From: Candidatus Wolframiiraptor sinensis | GTDB taxonomy: Archaea; Thermoproteota; Nitrososphaeria_A; Caldarchaeales; Wolframiiraptoraceae | Assembly (NCBI GenBank): GCA_023261815.1 | Contig: JALNKA010000004.1 | Span: forward strand, 1 to 62,006 | DNA length: 62,006 bases | Direction of reading: 5' to 3' | Part shown: positions 38,391 to 48,798 of the stretch, piece after piece | How the letters are laid out: every line of letters starts with the position of its first letter | Numbering within the stretch: position 1 is the stretch's first letter | The notes under the pieces: generated by a model | What the model saw: only the letters and a program-made list of their open reading frames with translations | Database searches by the model: none | What the model was told of the DNA's origin: nothing | Program-made: the position numbers and the translations under genes

Positions 38391-39362
38391 TTGCCGGGAG
38401 GGTCTGGGGGCAGTGATGCTGGCTTGAGGGCTCTCGTGACGGGCGGGGCGGGCTTCATAGGAAGCCACCTGGTGGATGCATTGATGAGATCAGGATACGA
38501 GGTCAGGGTGATAGATAATCTCAGCCAGGGCAGAATCGAGAACATCTCTAGATGGATTGGGGCGCCGGGCTTCGAGTTCATTGAGGGCGATGTGGCGGAT
38601 GAGGCCATCATGCGCGAGGCCGTCAAATCCTGCGACGCCGTCTTTCATCTCGCCGCGAACCCGGAGGTTAGGCTCGGAGACCCGAGAACGCACTATAGGG
38701 AGAATGTTCATGCAACCTACGTCGTCTTGGAGGCCATGAGAGCGAGTGATGTGAAGAAGATGATATTCACGTCTTCCTCAACGGTTTACGGCGAGGCGAG
38801 GATCATGCCCACGCCGGAGGACTATTCCCCACTCCTCCCGATATCCATGTATGGAGCTTGTAAGCTCGCGAGCGAGTCCCTCATCATCGGGTATTGCATG
38901 ATGTATGATATGGGGGCGGCGATACTGAGGCTCGCGAATATCGTTGGGTCCAGGGCGCGGCACGGGGTCATAGTGGACTTCATCATGAAGCTTCGCTCGA
39001 ATCCGAGAAGGCTCGAGATCCTCGGCGATGGAGAGCAGACGAAGTCGTATCTCCTCGTGGATGACTGCGTTGATGCGATCATGAGGGCTTTCGAGAGCAT
39101 TGATCGCGGGGTCGAGATATACAATGTTGGATCGGAGGACGCGATAAACGTGAAGACAATAGCCGGGATAGTGATTGAGGAGCTCGGTCTCAGGGATGTC
39201 GAGATGACTTACACGGGCGGCGTCGAGGGCAGGGGGTGGAGGGGGGATGTGAGGAGAATGCTCCTCGACATCTCTAAGATTAAGAGCTTGGGCTGGAGGC
39301 CAAGGCATAATAGCGCGGAATCCGTGAGGCTGGCGGCGAGAGCGCTGAAGGAGGAGCTTTAG
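38391..39362 (+). CDS. galE: NAD-dependent epimerase/dehydratase, probable UDP-glucose 4-epimerase
   Basis: TGGAGFIGS, SSSTVYG, YGACK; lies between galK and galT. Confidence 0.8.
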   Translation: MPGGSGGSDAGLRALVTGGAGFIGSHLVDALMRSGYEVRVIDNLSQGRIENISRWIGAPGFEFIEGDVADEAIMREAVKSCDAVFHLAANPEVRLGDPRTHYRENVHATYVVLEAMRASDVKKMIFTSSSTVYGEARIMPTPEDYSPLLPISMYGACKLASESLIIGYCMMYDMGAAILRLANIVGSRARHGVIVDFIMKLRSNPRRLEILGDGEQTKSYLLVDDCVDAIMRAFESIDRGVEIYNVGSEDAINVKTIAGIVIEELGLRDVEMTYTGGVEGRGWRGDVRRMLLDISKIKSLGWRPRHNSAESVRLAARALKEEL

Positions 39363-39364
39363 CG

Positions 39365-40347
39365 ATGTCCCATGAACTTAGATGGAACCCGCTTCTGAGA
39401 TGCTGGACTATAGTCGCCGGCCGGAGGATTAAGAGGCCATGGAGATCCGGAAAGTGCCCATTCTGCCCCGGAGGTGAGGAGACAGCGGGCTCATGGAGGG
39501 TTCTCGCCCTCCCCAACAGGTATCCAGCTCTCTCGCCGAATGCCCCTGAGGTAATCGGAGACGACTTATTTGGTAAGGCGAGGGCCCTCGGGGAGTGCGA
39601 GGTGATAATCGAGTCCCTCCAGCATGAGGGAGACTTCCCCGATTTTCCGCTTGATCAGGTCGCTCTCTACATCGAGCTGCTGGCTGAGAGGACGAGGATC
39701 CTGGGCTCAAAGCCTTACATCAAGTGCGTTGTTCCCTTCAAGAATAAGGGAGCGCTGATAGGAGTCTCGCTGACGCATCCTCATAGCCAGATTTACGCGC
39801 TTCCATTCATACCGCCGAGGATAGCGAGGGAGCTCGAATCCACCGAGGATTATGGCCGGAGATATGGCAGGAGCATCTTCGACGACATACTTGCGAGGGA
39901 GCTCGAAGAAGGCTCCAGAGCGATATACGAGAACGACTCGTTCATCATCTTCATGCCATTCTTCGTGATGTGGCCCTACGAGCTGCACGTCTATCCAAAG
40001 ATCAATGTTACATCTCTCCCGGAGCTCGGCCGCGGTGATCAGGAGATGCTCGCCGACGCGGTAAGGGTCGCGGTCGGAACCTACGAGGAGCTATTCGGCA
40101 AGGACTGCGCCTACATGATGATCTTCCACCAGGCTCCAACGAGCGGGAAATATCCAGACTACAGGCTTCACCTAGAGTTTTATACGCCGCACTTCAGAGC
40201 GACAGAATAAAGTATGCGGCGGGTATAGAGTGGGGCGCATGGGTCTTTACATATGATGGCGTCCCGGAGGAAAGGGCTGAGGAGGTTAGGGCGGCCGCGA
40301 GAAAGGCTCTCGGGAGGATCGATCACCTAGGGAGAGCTCTCGGCTGA
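39365..40347 (+). pseudogene. galT: Galactose-1-phosphate uridylyltransferase with a frameshift near 40195
   Basis: ELRWNP, CPFCPG, HPHSQ; after the stop at 40210 another frame continues KYAAGIEWGAWVF...PEE.A to TGA at 40347. Confidence 0.8.
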
Positions 40348-41271
40348 TCGCGCGGCCAGCATCGAGATGAGCTTGCAGTAGCTGCATCTGCTCGCGAGCG
40401 ATGGCATCCCGCATCTCTCGCATTCCACGAGATTGGGCTCAGCCACGGACTTCTCAAGCCTCGGCAGAATCCTCTTAACATGCGACTTGTAGAGCATGTG
40501 CTTGAACCCTGTTATCTCGCGCTCGATCAGATCTATCAGCCTCTTCCTCCTCAGCATCCTAGAGCCCTCGACGAGCGGGCACGAGGAATCCAGGATCGGC
40601 ATCTCATGAGCCAGAGCGTAATACAGGTTCTCCCTCTCCGTCAATTCTATGAGGGGCTTTATCTTCGTGACCAGCTTCGGGTTATCGCTCCGCGAGATGG
40701 GCTTAACTCTCACAAGATCCTCGACCGATCCCCTGAGATAGAGCTCGAAGAGGAGCTCCACGACGTCGTCGAGATTGTGGCCGGTGGCAAGCCTATCGGC
40801 TCCAAGCTCATATGCAAGCCTATTCATCAGGTATCGCTTAACGGTTCCACATGCTCCGCATATCCTCCTGCGGAGGGGCGTGGACCTCAGATCCGGAATC
40901 CTATAGCCCTCCGCGCTGAATAGATCATGAATGACAAGCTCCACTCCAAGGTTTTCGCAGACCCTCTCAACGATCTCCTGGCATTTCTCCGAGTAACCTT
41001 CTATTCCGAGATTTATGTGGATGGCCATGACCTCTATTCCCGGGAATTTCTCGCGCGCCAGCTTGCTCATGGCCGTGAGAAGAGCCGTGCTATCCTTTCC
41101 GCCCGAGACCGCGATGGCAACCCTTCCAGCGCCGCGGAGCATTCCATGCTTCATGACCGTGTTATAGACCTTCCTCTCATAATACTTGATGAAGCACTCC
41201 CTGCAGAGCATCATCTTCGAGTGCTCAATGAAATAGGCGGCCGGGCCGCCACACAGCTTACAGATGGGCAT
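40327..41271 (-). CDS. TtuA/TtcA-family tRNA thiolation protein (PP-loop)
   Basis: N- and C-terminal Zn fingers, SGGKDS, CGAC, TGHNLDD. Confidence 0.88.
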   Translation of the reverse strand: MPICKLCGGPAAYFIEHSKMMLCRECFIKYYERKVYNTVMKHGMLRGAGRVAIAVSGGKDSTALLTAMSKLAREKFPGIEVMAIHINLGIEGYSEKCQEIVERVCENLGVELVIHDLFSAEGYRIPDLRSTPLRRRICGACGTVKRYLMNRLAYELGADRLATGHNLDDVVELLFELYLRGSVEDLVRVKPISRSDNPKLVTKIKPLIELTERENLYYALAHEMPILDSSCPLVEGSRMLRRKRLIDLIEREITGFKHMLYKSHVKRILPRLEKSVAEPNLVECERCGMPSLASRCSYCKLISMLAARSAESSP

Positions 41272-41288
41272 CCTAATCGAAGAGAGAA

Positions 41289-42545
41289 TCAGATCTCGTA
41301 TTTATGATGCTTCTCTGGGAGGACTGCGTCCAGGCTCAACTCGTTCCTGGCGTAATCTGCGAGGTCGCGGCAGGCCTCGGGCTCTCCGTGAATCGTGAAG
41401 ACCTTGGTGCCGGGGCTTAAGCTTCCGAGATAGGATCTCAGCTCGCTTCTGCCAGAGTGAGCGCTGAAGAGGAACTGCTTCACCCGCGCCTTCACCTCAA
41501 CATCCTCACCCCTCACGGTTATCTTTCCCTCCTCGAGAAGCCTCGCGCCCGGCGTCCCAGGCACCTGAAAGCTCACCAGAAATATCCCGGAGTAGGGGTC
41601 ATCGAATATCCTCTCGAGGTAGTATGCCGCCGGCCCTCCCTTCAGCATCCCCGCCGGGCTTATGATCACCCCGGGGCTCTCAGCGGCCCTCTTGCGCTTC
41701 TTCCTATCATTCACCCTCATCACGTGCTTTGAGGCCGAGTAGAGGAGCTGATATCCCTGAACGAATTCCTTGGACTCTAGGAAGAGGTCCAAGATCTTCA
41801 CGGCCATGCCATCTAGGTAGACCGATTCCCTCACGCCATAAGCCTCTAGGATGCACATCATCTCCTGCGATCTCGCCACGGCGAAGGCCGGGACGAGAAC
41901 TCTCCCGCCAAGATCGATCAGCTCTATGACGTCATTCACGAAATCCCTCTCAAGATCCATTCTCCTCGGGTGCTCTGTTAGGGCATACGTCGCCTCCGTC
42001 ACGACGGCGTCAACATCTCTCGGCATATTCTTCGCGCCCGATAGCAGCCTCGTCTTCCGGGTTGAATAATCTCCAGTGTAGAGGAGGGTTTTGTCGGCGT
42101 TCACCAAGACTTGGATACTTCCGGGTATATGACCAGCATCGAGAAACGTTATCTCCGCATCCTTGACTTTCACCGTGTCGCCGTAATTCACCCTTATCCC
42201 CCTTCTAAGGAGCTCTTCCACCTCCAGCACCTCGTAGGGGATGTAGTATCCGCTCAGCTTGAGGAAATCCCTGAGGAGAATATCGCTCAGCTTGAACGTC
42301 ATGTCGGTCGCGTAGACCTTCACCCCGCCATTCAGCATCAATAATGGGGCGGCCCCGCTATGATCAAGGTGAGCATGAGTGATCACAACGGCGTCGAGAT
42401 CCTTTGGAGAAATATGGCCCGGGAAGAGGGGCTCTGGCTCGGAGGGCTTAACACCGTAATCTAGCAGTATTCTAGCATCTCTAGTCTCGACTAGAACTGC
42501 GGCTCTCCCGACCTCCCCAATCCCGCCCAGAAAACTTACCCTCAT
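41289..42545 (-). CDS. Beta-CASP metallo-beta-lactamase ribonuclease (aCPSF2-like)
   Basis: GG..EVGR, HAHLDHSG, AGHIPG, P.FAV.RSQE, FSAH, HGE. Confidence 0.9.
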   Translation of the reverse strand: MRVSFLGGIGEVGRAAVLVETRDARILLDYGVKPSEPEPLFPGHISPKDLDAVVITHAHLDHSGAAPLLMLNGGVKVYATDMTFKLSDILLRDFLKLSGYYIPYEVLEVEELLRRGIRVNYGDTVKVKDAEITFLDAGHIPGSIQVLVNADKTLLYTGDYSTRKTRLLSGAKNMPRDVDAVVTEATYALTEHPRRMDLERDFVNDVIELIDLGGRVLVPAFAVARSQEMMCILEAYGVRESVYLDGMAVKILDLFLESKEFVQGYQLLYSASKHVMRVNDRKKRKRAAESPGVIISPAGMLKGGPAAYYLERIFDDPYSGIFLVSFQVPGTPGARLLEEGKITVRGEDVEVKARVKQFLFSAHSGRSELRSYLGSLSPGTKVFTIHGEPEACRDLADYARNELSLDAVLPEKHHKYEI

Positions 42546-42608
42546 GCCGGCTTCAACACGCGCTTCAGGCTTTCCGCCTTCTCCGCTACCGGGCGCTCAG
42601 CCCAATTC

Positions 42609-44252
42609 TTAAACATTGCGACTCGACTCGTCTCCCGCAGCGGAGCCCCAGCCGCCGGCGTAGCTCATCAGCTCCCCAAGATCCCCGAGCTCCTCCACCG
42701 CAACTCCCAGATCCCTCAGCTTCTTGGCAAGCTCCTCCTCGAACTTCTTCAGCGTTCTCGTTTCAGGCTTCAGAATATAAGCTCTCTTATAGCCGGCTGC
42801 CATGAATTGTTTAAGCGCCTCCGCGAGCAGCTCCTCAAGGTTACTATCGAGCAATGCCCTGGGGTAATTCGTCTGAGAGAAAGGGTAAGTGTATCTGAGA
42901 CCGAGGGGTATCAAGCCGTATGGGCTTCCATAGAAGAGTATGTCGAGGTTTTTGGGAAGCTTTAATGCTTTCTCGAGGGAGAGCTTGAAGGTCTCGGGTA
43001 AGAGCAGCGCCTCTCCGCCGGATCCCCTTCCCGCGAGACAGTTCTCGAGAAGCCTCCTCCTAGCAACTCTCACGAGCGGCCTTCCCAAGCTCATCTCGTC
43101 ATAGAGGTTTATCCCTCTCCTCCCGGAGATAGGCGCATTCTCCTCCATCAGCTTCACGAGGTCCTCGTCTCGCATGATCTCGATGAAGCCCTGGTAGAGG
43201 CTTGGATGGCTTCTCGCCCTCTGCTCTATCAGCTCCATGAGCCTTCCATCCCTTATCGCCTGCTTCACCCTCTTCACCTCCTCGAAGCAGACGTAGAGAT
43301 TGTGCATGGCGATCGCCCTCACCCTCTCGCTCCTCGGCATCTGCTTGAGCGTGGCCGCATCTATCCTGGAGCATACCGGGCAGCAGCATGGCAGGTAGTC
43401 GAGCTTCTCAACTCTTATGGTCCCAGTCTCTGTCATGTATCTACCATCCCTAGCATAGAGATAATAGCTGGCCGAGTCGAACATATCCACGCCCAAAGCT
43501 ACTATGAATGGGAATATCATCGGATGGCCGGCTCCGAAGAGGTGGAGCGGCTTCCCGAAGCCCACCGCGAACCTGGCAGCGCATATCATCCGGAACAGCT
43601 TATCGAACTTGTATCCCTCCATTAGGGGTGTCGGGCTTCCTAGGGCATAGAGGTCGAAGTTCATCTCCTTCTCCCTGCCGGCGCAGTAGCTGATGAGGTC
43701 CAAGTGTATTCCGCCCTGAATCGGCGCAGCCCAGAGGCATCGCCTAGCACCCCTCCTCGCCAGGAACTCGAGTGTCGCCTCGAGATTTCTCAGGGTCATC
43801 TCCACGGACTCCCTAGCCTTCTCCCTGCCACTCAGCCCAGTCGGGACGTCTAGAGGGACGGCGATATCACTTCTCATCTCCTCCTGAAGCTCCGCGATCT
43901 CCTCCGGGGAGGCCTCAACCCAGCCATATTCCAAGACCTGGTATCCGCCGCTATCGGTCATGACCACGCCATCGAAGTTCAGGATCCCGTGAACCCCCCT
44001 CCTCAGAGCATCATCCCTGAGTCTCCGCAGGATTATGTAGGCATTCGTTATTACGGCTTCCGCTCCGAGGTTCTCCTTCATCCAGCTGGCCGGAATATCC
44101 TGCGCGACCGGATTTATGACGGGGAGGAAGAGCGGCGTCTCGGCGGCTCTCCCGCTCGCGGTCCTGAGCCTTCCAATCCTCCCCAAGTGATCCTCGGCGA
44201 TTATCTCGAACAAGGGTCTCCAGGATCGAGAGGGGCGCGCGGCTCTTAACAA
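42609..44252 (-). CDS. tgtA: Archaeosine tRNA-guanine transglycosylase
   Basis: ETP.FLPV, MTDSGGYQ, LDVPT, HLFGAGHP, G.D.FDSA, CCCPVC. Confidence 0.92.
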   Translation of the reverse strand: MLRAARPSRSWRPLFEIIAEDHLGRIGRLRTASGRAAETPLFLPVINPVAQDIPASWMKENLGAEAVITNAYIILRRLRDDALRRGVHGILNFDGVVMTDSGGYQVLEYGWVEASPEEIAELQEEMRSDIAVPLDVPTGLSGREKARESVEMTLRNLEATLEFLARRGARRCLWAAPIQGGIHLDLISYCAGREKEMNFDLYALGSPTPLMEGYKFDKLFRMICAARFAVGFGKPLHLFGAGHPMIFPFIVALGVDMFDSASYYLYARDGRYMTETGTIRVEKLDYLPCCCPVCSRIDAATLKQMPRSERVRAIAMHNLYVCFEEVKRVKQAIRDGRLMELIEQRARSHPSLYQGFIEIMRDEDLVKLMEENAPISGRRGINLYDEMSLGRPLVRVARRRLLENCLAGRGSGGEALLLPETFKLSLEKALKLPKNLDILFYGSPYGLIPLGLRYTYPFSQTNYPRALLDSNLEELLAEALKQFMAAGYKRAYILKPETRTLKKFEEELAKKLRDLGVAVEELGDLGELMSYAGGWGSAAGDESSRNV

Positions 44253-44267
44253 ATCTTCGCGCCGGAG

Positions 44268-46064
44268 CTAGGTGAAGAGGCTGATGATCCTAAAGTTCAC
44301 GGTGTCTATGAGCCCCTTATCTGTTAGCCTCAGCTCCGGGAGCACGTCTAAAGCTAAGAGCGAGATGGTCATGAAGGGCGAGACCCACTCGCATCCAAGC
44401 CTTCTCCACGTCTCATACATCTTCTCCAGCTTCTCGGCGACGACCTCGACTGGCTCCGTTGACATGAGCCCTGCTATCGGTAGCTCCACGGCTGATAGTA
44501 TCTCGCCATCCTTCACCGTTATTATTCCTCCTCCCAGCTCCGCGAGCTTATTGGCCGCCAGGGCCATGTCCTCCCTGCTGCATCCTAGTATGATCATGTT
44601 GTGGCTATCATGCGCCACGGTGGTCGCGATCGCGCCTACCCTGAATCCGAAGCCCTTCACGAATCCCAGCCCAATGTTTCCCGTCCCTCTGTGCCTCTCA
44701 GCCACGGCGAGCTCGTAGATCCACCTATCAGGATCCGGGAGAACTATCCCGTCCTTAACTTCCAGATGATCGATTACATGCCTCGTCAGGACATTTCCCT
44801 CGATGGCCTCGATAACCCTCACCTCGACCTCGCCCTCCTCAATGGGCGCCCTTATCTCGAAATCCCGCGGCTCGAGCCTCCTCTTCAGCCTCACGGATCT
44901 CGTGGCCCTCTCTGGATACGATGGTCTCGGGAGATCTATCAGCATCCTGCCATCCTTCGCGACGAGCTTGCCATCTGCGAAGACGGCCTCAACCCTGACC
45001 CTCGATAAATTGCCGATCACCAGTATGTCGGCGAACCTCGCAGGCGCGATGCTCCCAATCTCCCTAGCAACCTCATAATGTTCCGCGGGGTTAAGAGTGG
45101 CCATCTGGATCGCTGTGACCGGGTCCACGCCCTCCTCTATAGCCCTCCTCACGACGTAATCCATGTGGCCCTGCTTGACCAGAGACTCCGGCTCCCGATC
45201 ATCGGTGACTAGGCACGCGTGTCTTGAATCGAGACCCGCCTCCGTTATCGCCTTAACGGTCTCCGCCACGTCGAGCCAAGCGGAGCCCTCGCGCATGTAT
45301 GCGTACATTCCGAGCCGGATTCTCTCGATCGCGTCGCGCTTGGTCGTTAGCTCGTGGCTGGATGTTATCCCGGCGGCGGAGTACGCGGCCAGCTCTCTTC
45401 CTAGGAGGCCGGCGTCATGCCCCTCCACGAGCTTTCCAGCTCTTAGGGCGGCCGCTATCTTCGCGTGCACCTCAGCGTCTCCGGCGAGGACTCCGGGGTA
45501 GTTCATCATCTCCCCCAGCGCTATTACGCCATCCCATGAGAGCGCCTCCTCAACCTCCTTCGGGCCGAGATATGCTCCAGCGGTCTCGAACATGGGGTTT
45601 GCTGGAACGCATGAGGGGACGGTGATGAAGACTTTTAGCGGCAAGTTCTCCGCCTCCTGGAGCATGAGCTTAACTCCCTCCAAGCCGAGCACGTTAGCTA
45701 TCTCATGCGGGTCTATGAAGACGGTAGTGGTGCCCCTGGGGAGAACGGCTCTAGCGAACTCGGTCAAGGTAACCATGCTGCTCTCGACGTGCACGTGCGC
45801 ATCCAGGAAGCCGGGGGCGAGGTACTTTCCGCCCGCATCATATACCATGGTGTCGGGGCCTATGCAGTGATCTGCCTCGCCGATGAGCGCTATTCGATCT
45901 CCCTTAACAGCCACATCAACTCCCTCGAGAACCTCCCCGGAGTTCACATTCACGAGAACCCCATTCTTTATCACCAGGTCAGCCTTAATCCTGCCGAGCG
46001 CCACATCGACTAGAAGCCTCGTCACATCATGAAGCCTACTCCTTCCACCGAGAAAACGCGCCAT
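44268..46064 (-). CDS. ade: Adenine deaminase
   Basis: DAHVHVESS, DPHEIANV, EMMNYPG, REGSA, TDD, AHDSHN. Confidence 0.95.
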   Translation of the reverse strand: MARFLGGRSRLHDVTRLLVDVALGRIKADLVIKNGVLVNVNSGEVLEGVDVAVKGDRIALIGEADHCIGPDTMVYDAGGKYLAPGFLDAHVHVESSMVTLTEFARAVLPRGTTTVFIDPHEIANVLGLEGVKLMLQEAENLPLKVFITVPSCVPANPMFETAGAYLGPKEVEEALSWDGVIALGEMMNYPGVLAGDAEVHAKIAAALRAGKLVEGHDAGLLGRELAAYSAAGITSSHELTTKRDAIERIRLGMYAYMREGSAWLDVAETVKAITEAGLDSRHACLVTDDREPESLVKQGHMDYVVRRAIEEGVDPVTAIQMATLNPAEHYEVAREIGSIAPARFADILVIGNLSRVRVEAVFADGKLVAKDGRMLIDLPRPSYPERATRSVRLKRRLEPRDFEIRAPIEEGEVEVRVIEAIEGNVLTRHVIDHLEVKDGIVLPDPDRWIYELAVAERHRGTGNIGLGFVKGFGFRVGAIATTVAHDSHNMIILGCSREDMALAANKLAELGGGIITVKDGEILSAVELPIAGLMSTEPVEVVAEKLEKMYETWRRLGCEWVSPFMTISLLALDVLPELRLTDKGLIDTVNFRIISLFT

Positions 46065-46242
46065 AGCGTTTAAACTCCCCCTCGATTTATATAATTTCTC
46101 GGTTTAGAGTGATGTTCGCGCATTTTCTCGATCGAGTTGCTGGGGAAGAGCCGGCTCCTTACCTTTTCCCCGGGGCGAGGGGCGCCGCGGGAGATACTAA
46201 AATAAAGCTCCTCCTCTTCTCGGTGTGAAGGGGTGTAGGTTG

Positions 46243-46941
46243 ATGGAGACCGATGCTGTTTTTGAGCCCGGCGCCGAGAAGATCAAGGTTCCTGGAGCGG
46301 TGTTGGTGGAGGGACTTCCCGGCGTCGGGCTTGTCGCCAAGGCGGCTGTAGCTTACTTGCTGATGAAGCTCGGCAGGAGGAAGAGGATATGCAGGTTCTA
46401 CTCGCCATTCTTCCCGTCAGTCGGCTATGTTAGGGATGGCAGGATTCTCCCATACTTCGCGGACTTCTACCTTGTGGAGTCGCCGAGGCCCATGATACTG
46501 CTTTACGGCAATGCCCAGCCCTCGACATATTATGGCCAGCACGAGTTCTGCCAGCGGATCATAGAGGTCGCCGCCGATCTCGGAGTCAGCTCCGTGATAA
46601 CACTCGGGGGATATGGGAAGGATCAGGTGAGCGATCCCAGAACGATATACTTGTCCTCGACGAGCGAGGAGTCTGTGAGGCGGGCGCTCGAGAGGATCGA
46701 CGCCATCCCTTATGAGGGCCAGATAGTGGGCGCGGCTGGACTCTTGATACTGATGGCCGGCGAGCTCGGCATGGAGAACTTGTCGCTCCTGATTGAGGCT
46801 GGAGACATGATCCCGGATTATCTCGCGGCGAGGAGGGGGGTTGAGGCTCTCGTCAAGCTTCTAGATCTGGACTTGGAGGTTGGGGACATCTACGACTTCT
46901 CCATGGCATATGAGGAGGCGGTCAAGACGATAGAGAGCTAG
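46243..46941 (+). CDS. PAC2-family proteasome assembly chaperone-like protein
   Basis: EGLPGVG.V.K, G..QP, TLGG, I.GAAGL, PD..AA. Confidence 0.85.
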   Translation: METDAVFEPGAEKIKVPGAVLVEGLPGVGLVAKAAVAYLLMKLGRRKRICRFYSPFFPSVGYVRDGRILPYFADFYLVESPRPMILLYGNAQPSTYYGQHEFCQRIIEVAADLGVSSVITLGGYGKDQVSDPRTIYLSSTSEESVRRALERIDAIPYEGQIVGAAGLLILMAGELGMENLSLLIEAGDMIPDYLAARRGVEALVKLLDLDLEVGDIYDFSMAYEEAVKTIES

Positions 46942-46943
46942 CA

Positions 46944-47648
46944 ATGGTGGAGCTCATGAGCAAGGTTGCGGCGAGACCACACGGAATATACCTCGAGACA
47001 TTCTTCGGAACAGCGGAGGTCGGCTTATTCTCCATCGCCACGGAGAACATCTGCCTGGTTCCGCCGCAGCTCAAGCCCAGGCAGAAGAAGCTGATAAGAG
47101 ACGTGCTCGAGGTGGAGGTCGCGCCGACCACCATAGCGGGCTCAATACTCCTCTCAGCCCTAGCGGCGGGCAATAGCAATGGTCTTGTCCTATCAAACCT
47201 GATACTCGATGAAGAGCTTGATGCCCTCAGGAAGAGGGCCGGCGACATGAACCTCGCGGTGATTGAGGGGAAGTATACGGCGATAGGGAACCTAGTTCTC
47301 GCGAATGATCGAGCTGCCCTCGTGAGCGAGCTTCTCCCGAAAAGTGCGGTGAAGGCGATAAGCGATGCTCTCGGCGTCGAGGTCGTGGTCGGGAGGATCG
47401 CGAATAGGAGCTACGTGGGCTCTCTTGCGGTCATAACGAATGCCGGCGGCCTGGTATTCGTCGAGGCATCAGAGGAGGAGGAGAAGATGCTATCCGAGCT
47501 CTTCAAGGTCAATATCATTCCCGGGACTGTCAATAACGGCGTGAAGTTCGTTAGAAGCGGCATACTAGCGAATAGCAAGGGCGCGATAGTCGGGTCATTA
47601 ACCACGGGCCCGGAGCTCATGACGATATCTAGGGCGCTCGGAGTCTAG
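46944..47648 (+). CDS. eif6: Translation initiation factor aIF6
   Basis: GNSNG, A.GN.V.AND, GTVN.G...V.SG..AN..G..VG..TTG.E. Confidence 0.92.
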   Translation: MVELMSKVAARPHGIYLETFFGTAEVGLFSIATENICLVPPQLKPRQKKLIRDVLEVEVAPTTIAGSILLSALAAGNSNGLVLSNLILDEELDALRKRAGDMNLAVIEGKYTAIGNLVLANDRAALVSELLPKSAVKAISDALGVEVVVGRIANRSYVGSLAVITNAGGLVFVEASEEEEKMLSELFKVNIIPGTVNNGVKFVRSGILANSKGAIVGSLTTGPELMTISRALGV

Positions 47649-47655
47649 CCCGGAG

Positions 47656-47964
47656 CTAGAGGTATATCTGGACGTGCGGTATGTCCCCAACCCTGATAAC
47701 GGCTCTCTCCGGCACAACGCCTTTCTCGACCATGTAGGATACGGCCACCTCGCCGAGGAGATTCAGGATCTTGGCCTGGACTATGTACTTATCCAGCTCG
47801 TCCCGCGCGATGAGGGCGCCGCCGTAGAACGCCTCGCTCACCTCCACGGTGAACCCCTCGCTTACCTCGATCCTCTTCCCGAGAAGGTCCTCATCACAGA
47901 CCGCGAGCACGGTCTCGCCGGTCCTCGAGTGATGAATCTTGACCCACAACCTGCCCGAGGCCAT
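47656..47964 (-). CDS. DUF424 family protein
   Basis: VLAVCD..LLG, FY.G, NL.G..AV, PH.Q. Confidence 0.85.
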   Translation of the reverse strand: MASGRLWVKIHHSRTGETVLAVCDEDLLGKRIEVSEGFTVEVSEAFYGGALIARDELDKYIVQAKILNLLGEVAVSYMVEKGVVPERAVIRVGDIPHVQIYL

Positions 47965-48044
47965 CCTAAGCCTCGCGTCAAGAGGGTCGGCGCATGATTT
48001 AAGCTTCTCGGAAAGGTTCAAAAGCGTTCTTCCGAGGATATTTC

Positions 48045-48773
48045 ATGACCTTCATGGAGGAGGTGTCTAGGGAGGAGCTCATGAGGAGGATCGCGGGCGA
48101 GATAATTCTCTCGGAGAGCCCAGGCCGCATCATGAAGAAGTGGAGAAACCTCTTCGAGCTCACACAAGCCGAGGTGGCCAGGCTTATGGGGATCTCCCCC
48201 TCAGTCCTCAGCGACTACGAGAATGATAGGCGAAAGTCCCCGGGAACAGCCTTCGTGAAGAGATTCGTCCGAGCGCTCGTGGAGGCGGATGAGCTCAGGG
48301 GCGGGCAGCAGATAAGAAAATACGCCATCTTCTACAGAAACTTGAGCGCGGCCGTGATAGACCTCGACGAGTTCGAGTCGCCGAAAACGATTAGGGAAGT
48401 GATATCGGCCGTCGGAGGCGAGGTGCTCGCGGGAGAGAGCCTCCTCGACTCGCCGATCTACGGATACACGGTCATCGATAGCCTCAAGGCGATAAAATCG
48501 CTCGATGCATATGACTTTCTCTACCTCTTCGGGAGGAATCCCATGAGGGCATTCATCTTCGCGTCGGTTACGCGCGGCAGGTCGCCCATGGTCGCGGCGA
48601 GGCTCTACCCGATAAAGCCGAGGCTAATCATAATACACGGGCCGAGGAGGGAGCAGGTCGATGGGCTCGCGATAGAGCTCGCGAAACTAGAGAACATATG
48701 CTTCGCCCTCTCCACGCTCCCAACCGTCAAGGAGATACTCGATGGGCTCAAGTCCCTTAAGAAGATCCAATAA
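48045..48773 (+). CDS. HTH (XRE) transcriptional regulator, COG1709-like
   Basis: IAGEI.LS..PG..MKKWR..F...Q, S.LSDYE.RRKSPG, GRSPMVA. Confidence 0.88.
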   Translation: MTFMEEVSREELMRRIAGEIILSESPGRIMKKWRNLFELTQAEVARLMGISPSVLSDYENDRRKSPGTAFVKRFVRALVEADELRGGQQIRKYAIFYRNLSAAVIDLDEFESPKTIREVISAVGGEVLAGESLLDSPIYGYTVIDSLKAIKSLDAYDFLYLFGRNPMRAFIFASVTRGRSPMVAARLYPIKPRLIIIHGPRREQVDGLAIELAKLENICFALSTLPTVKEILDGLKSLKKIQ

Positions 48774-48798
48774 ATATCGGCGCCTGGGGTGTTGGGGC

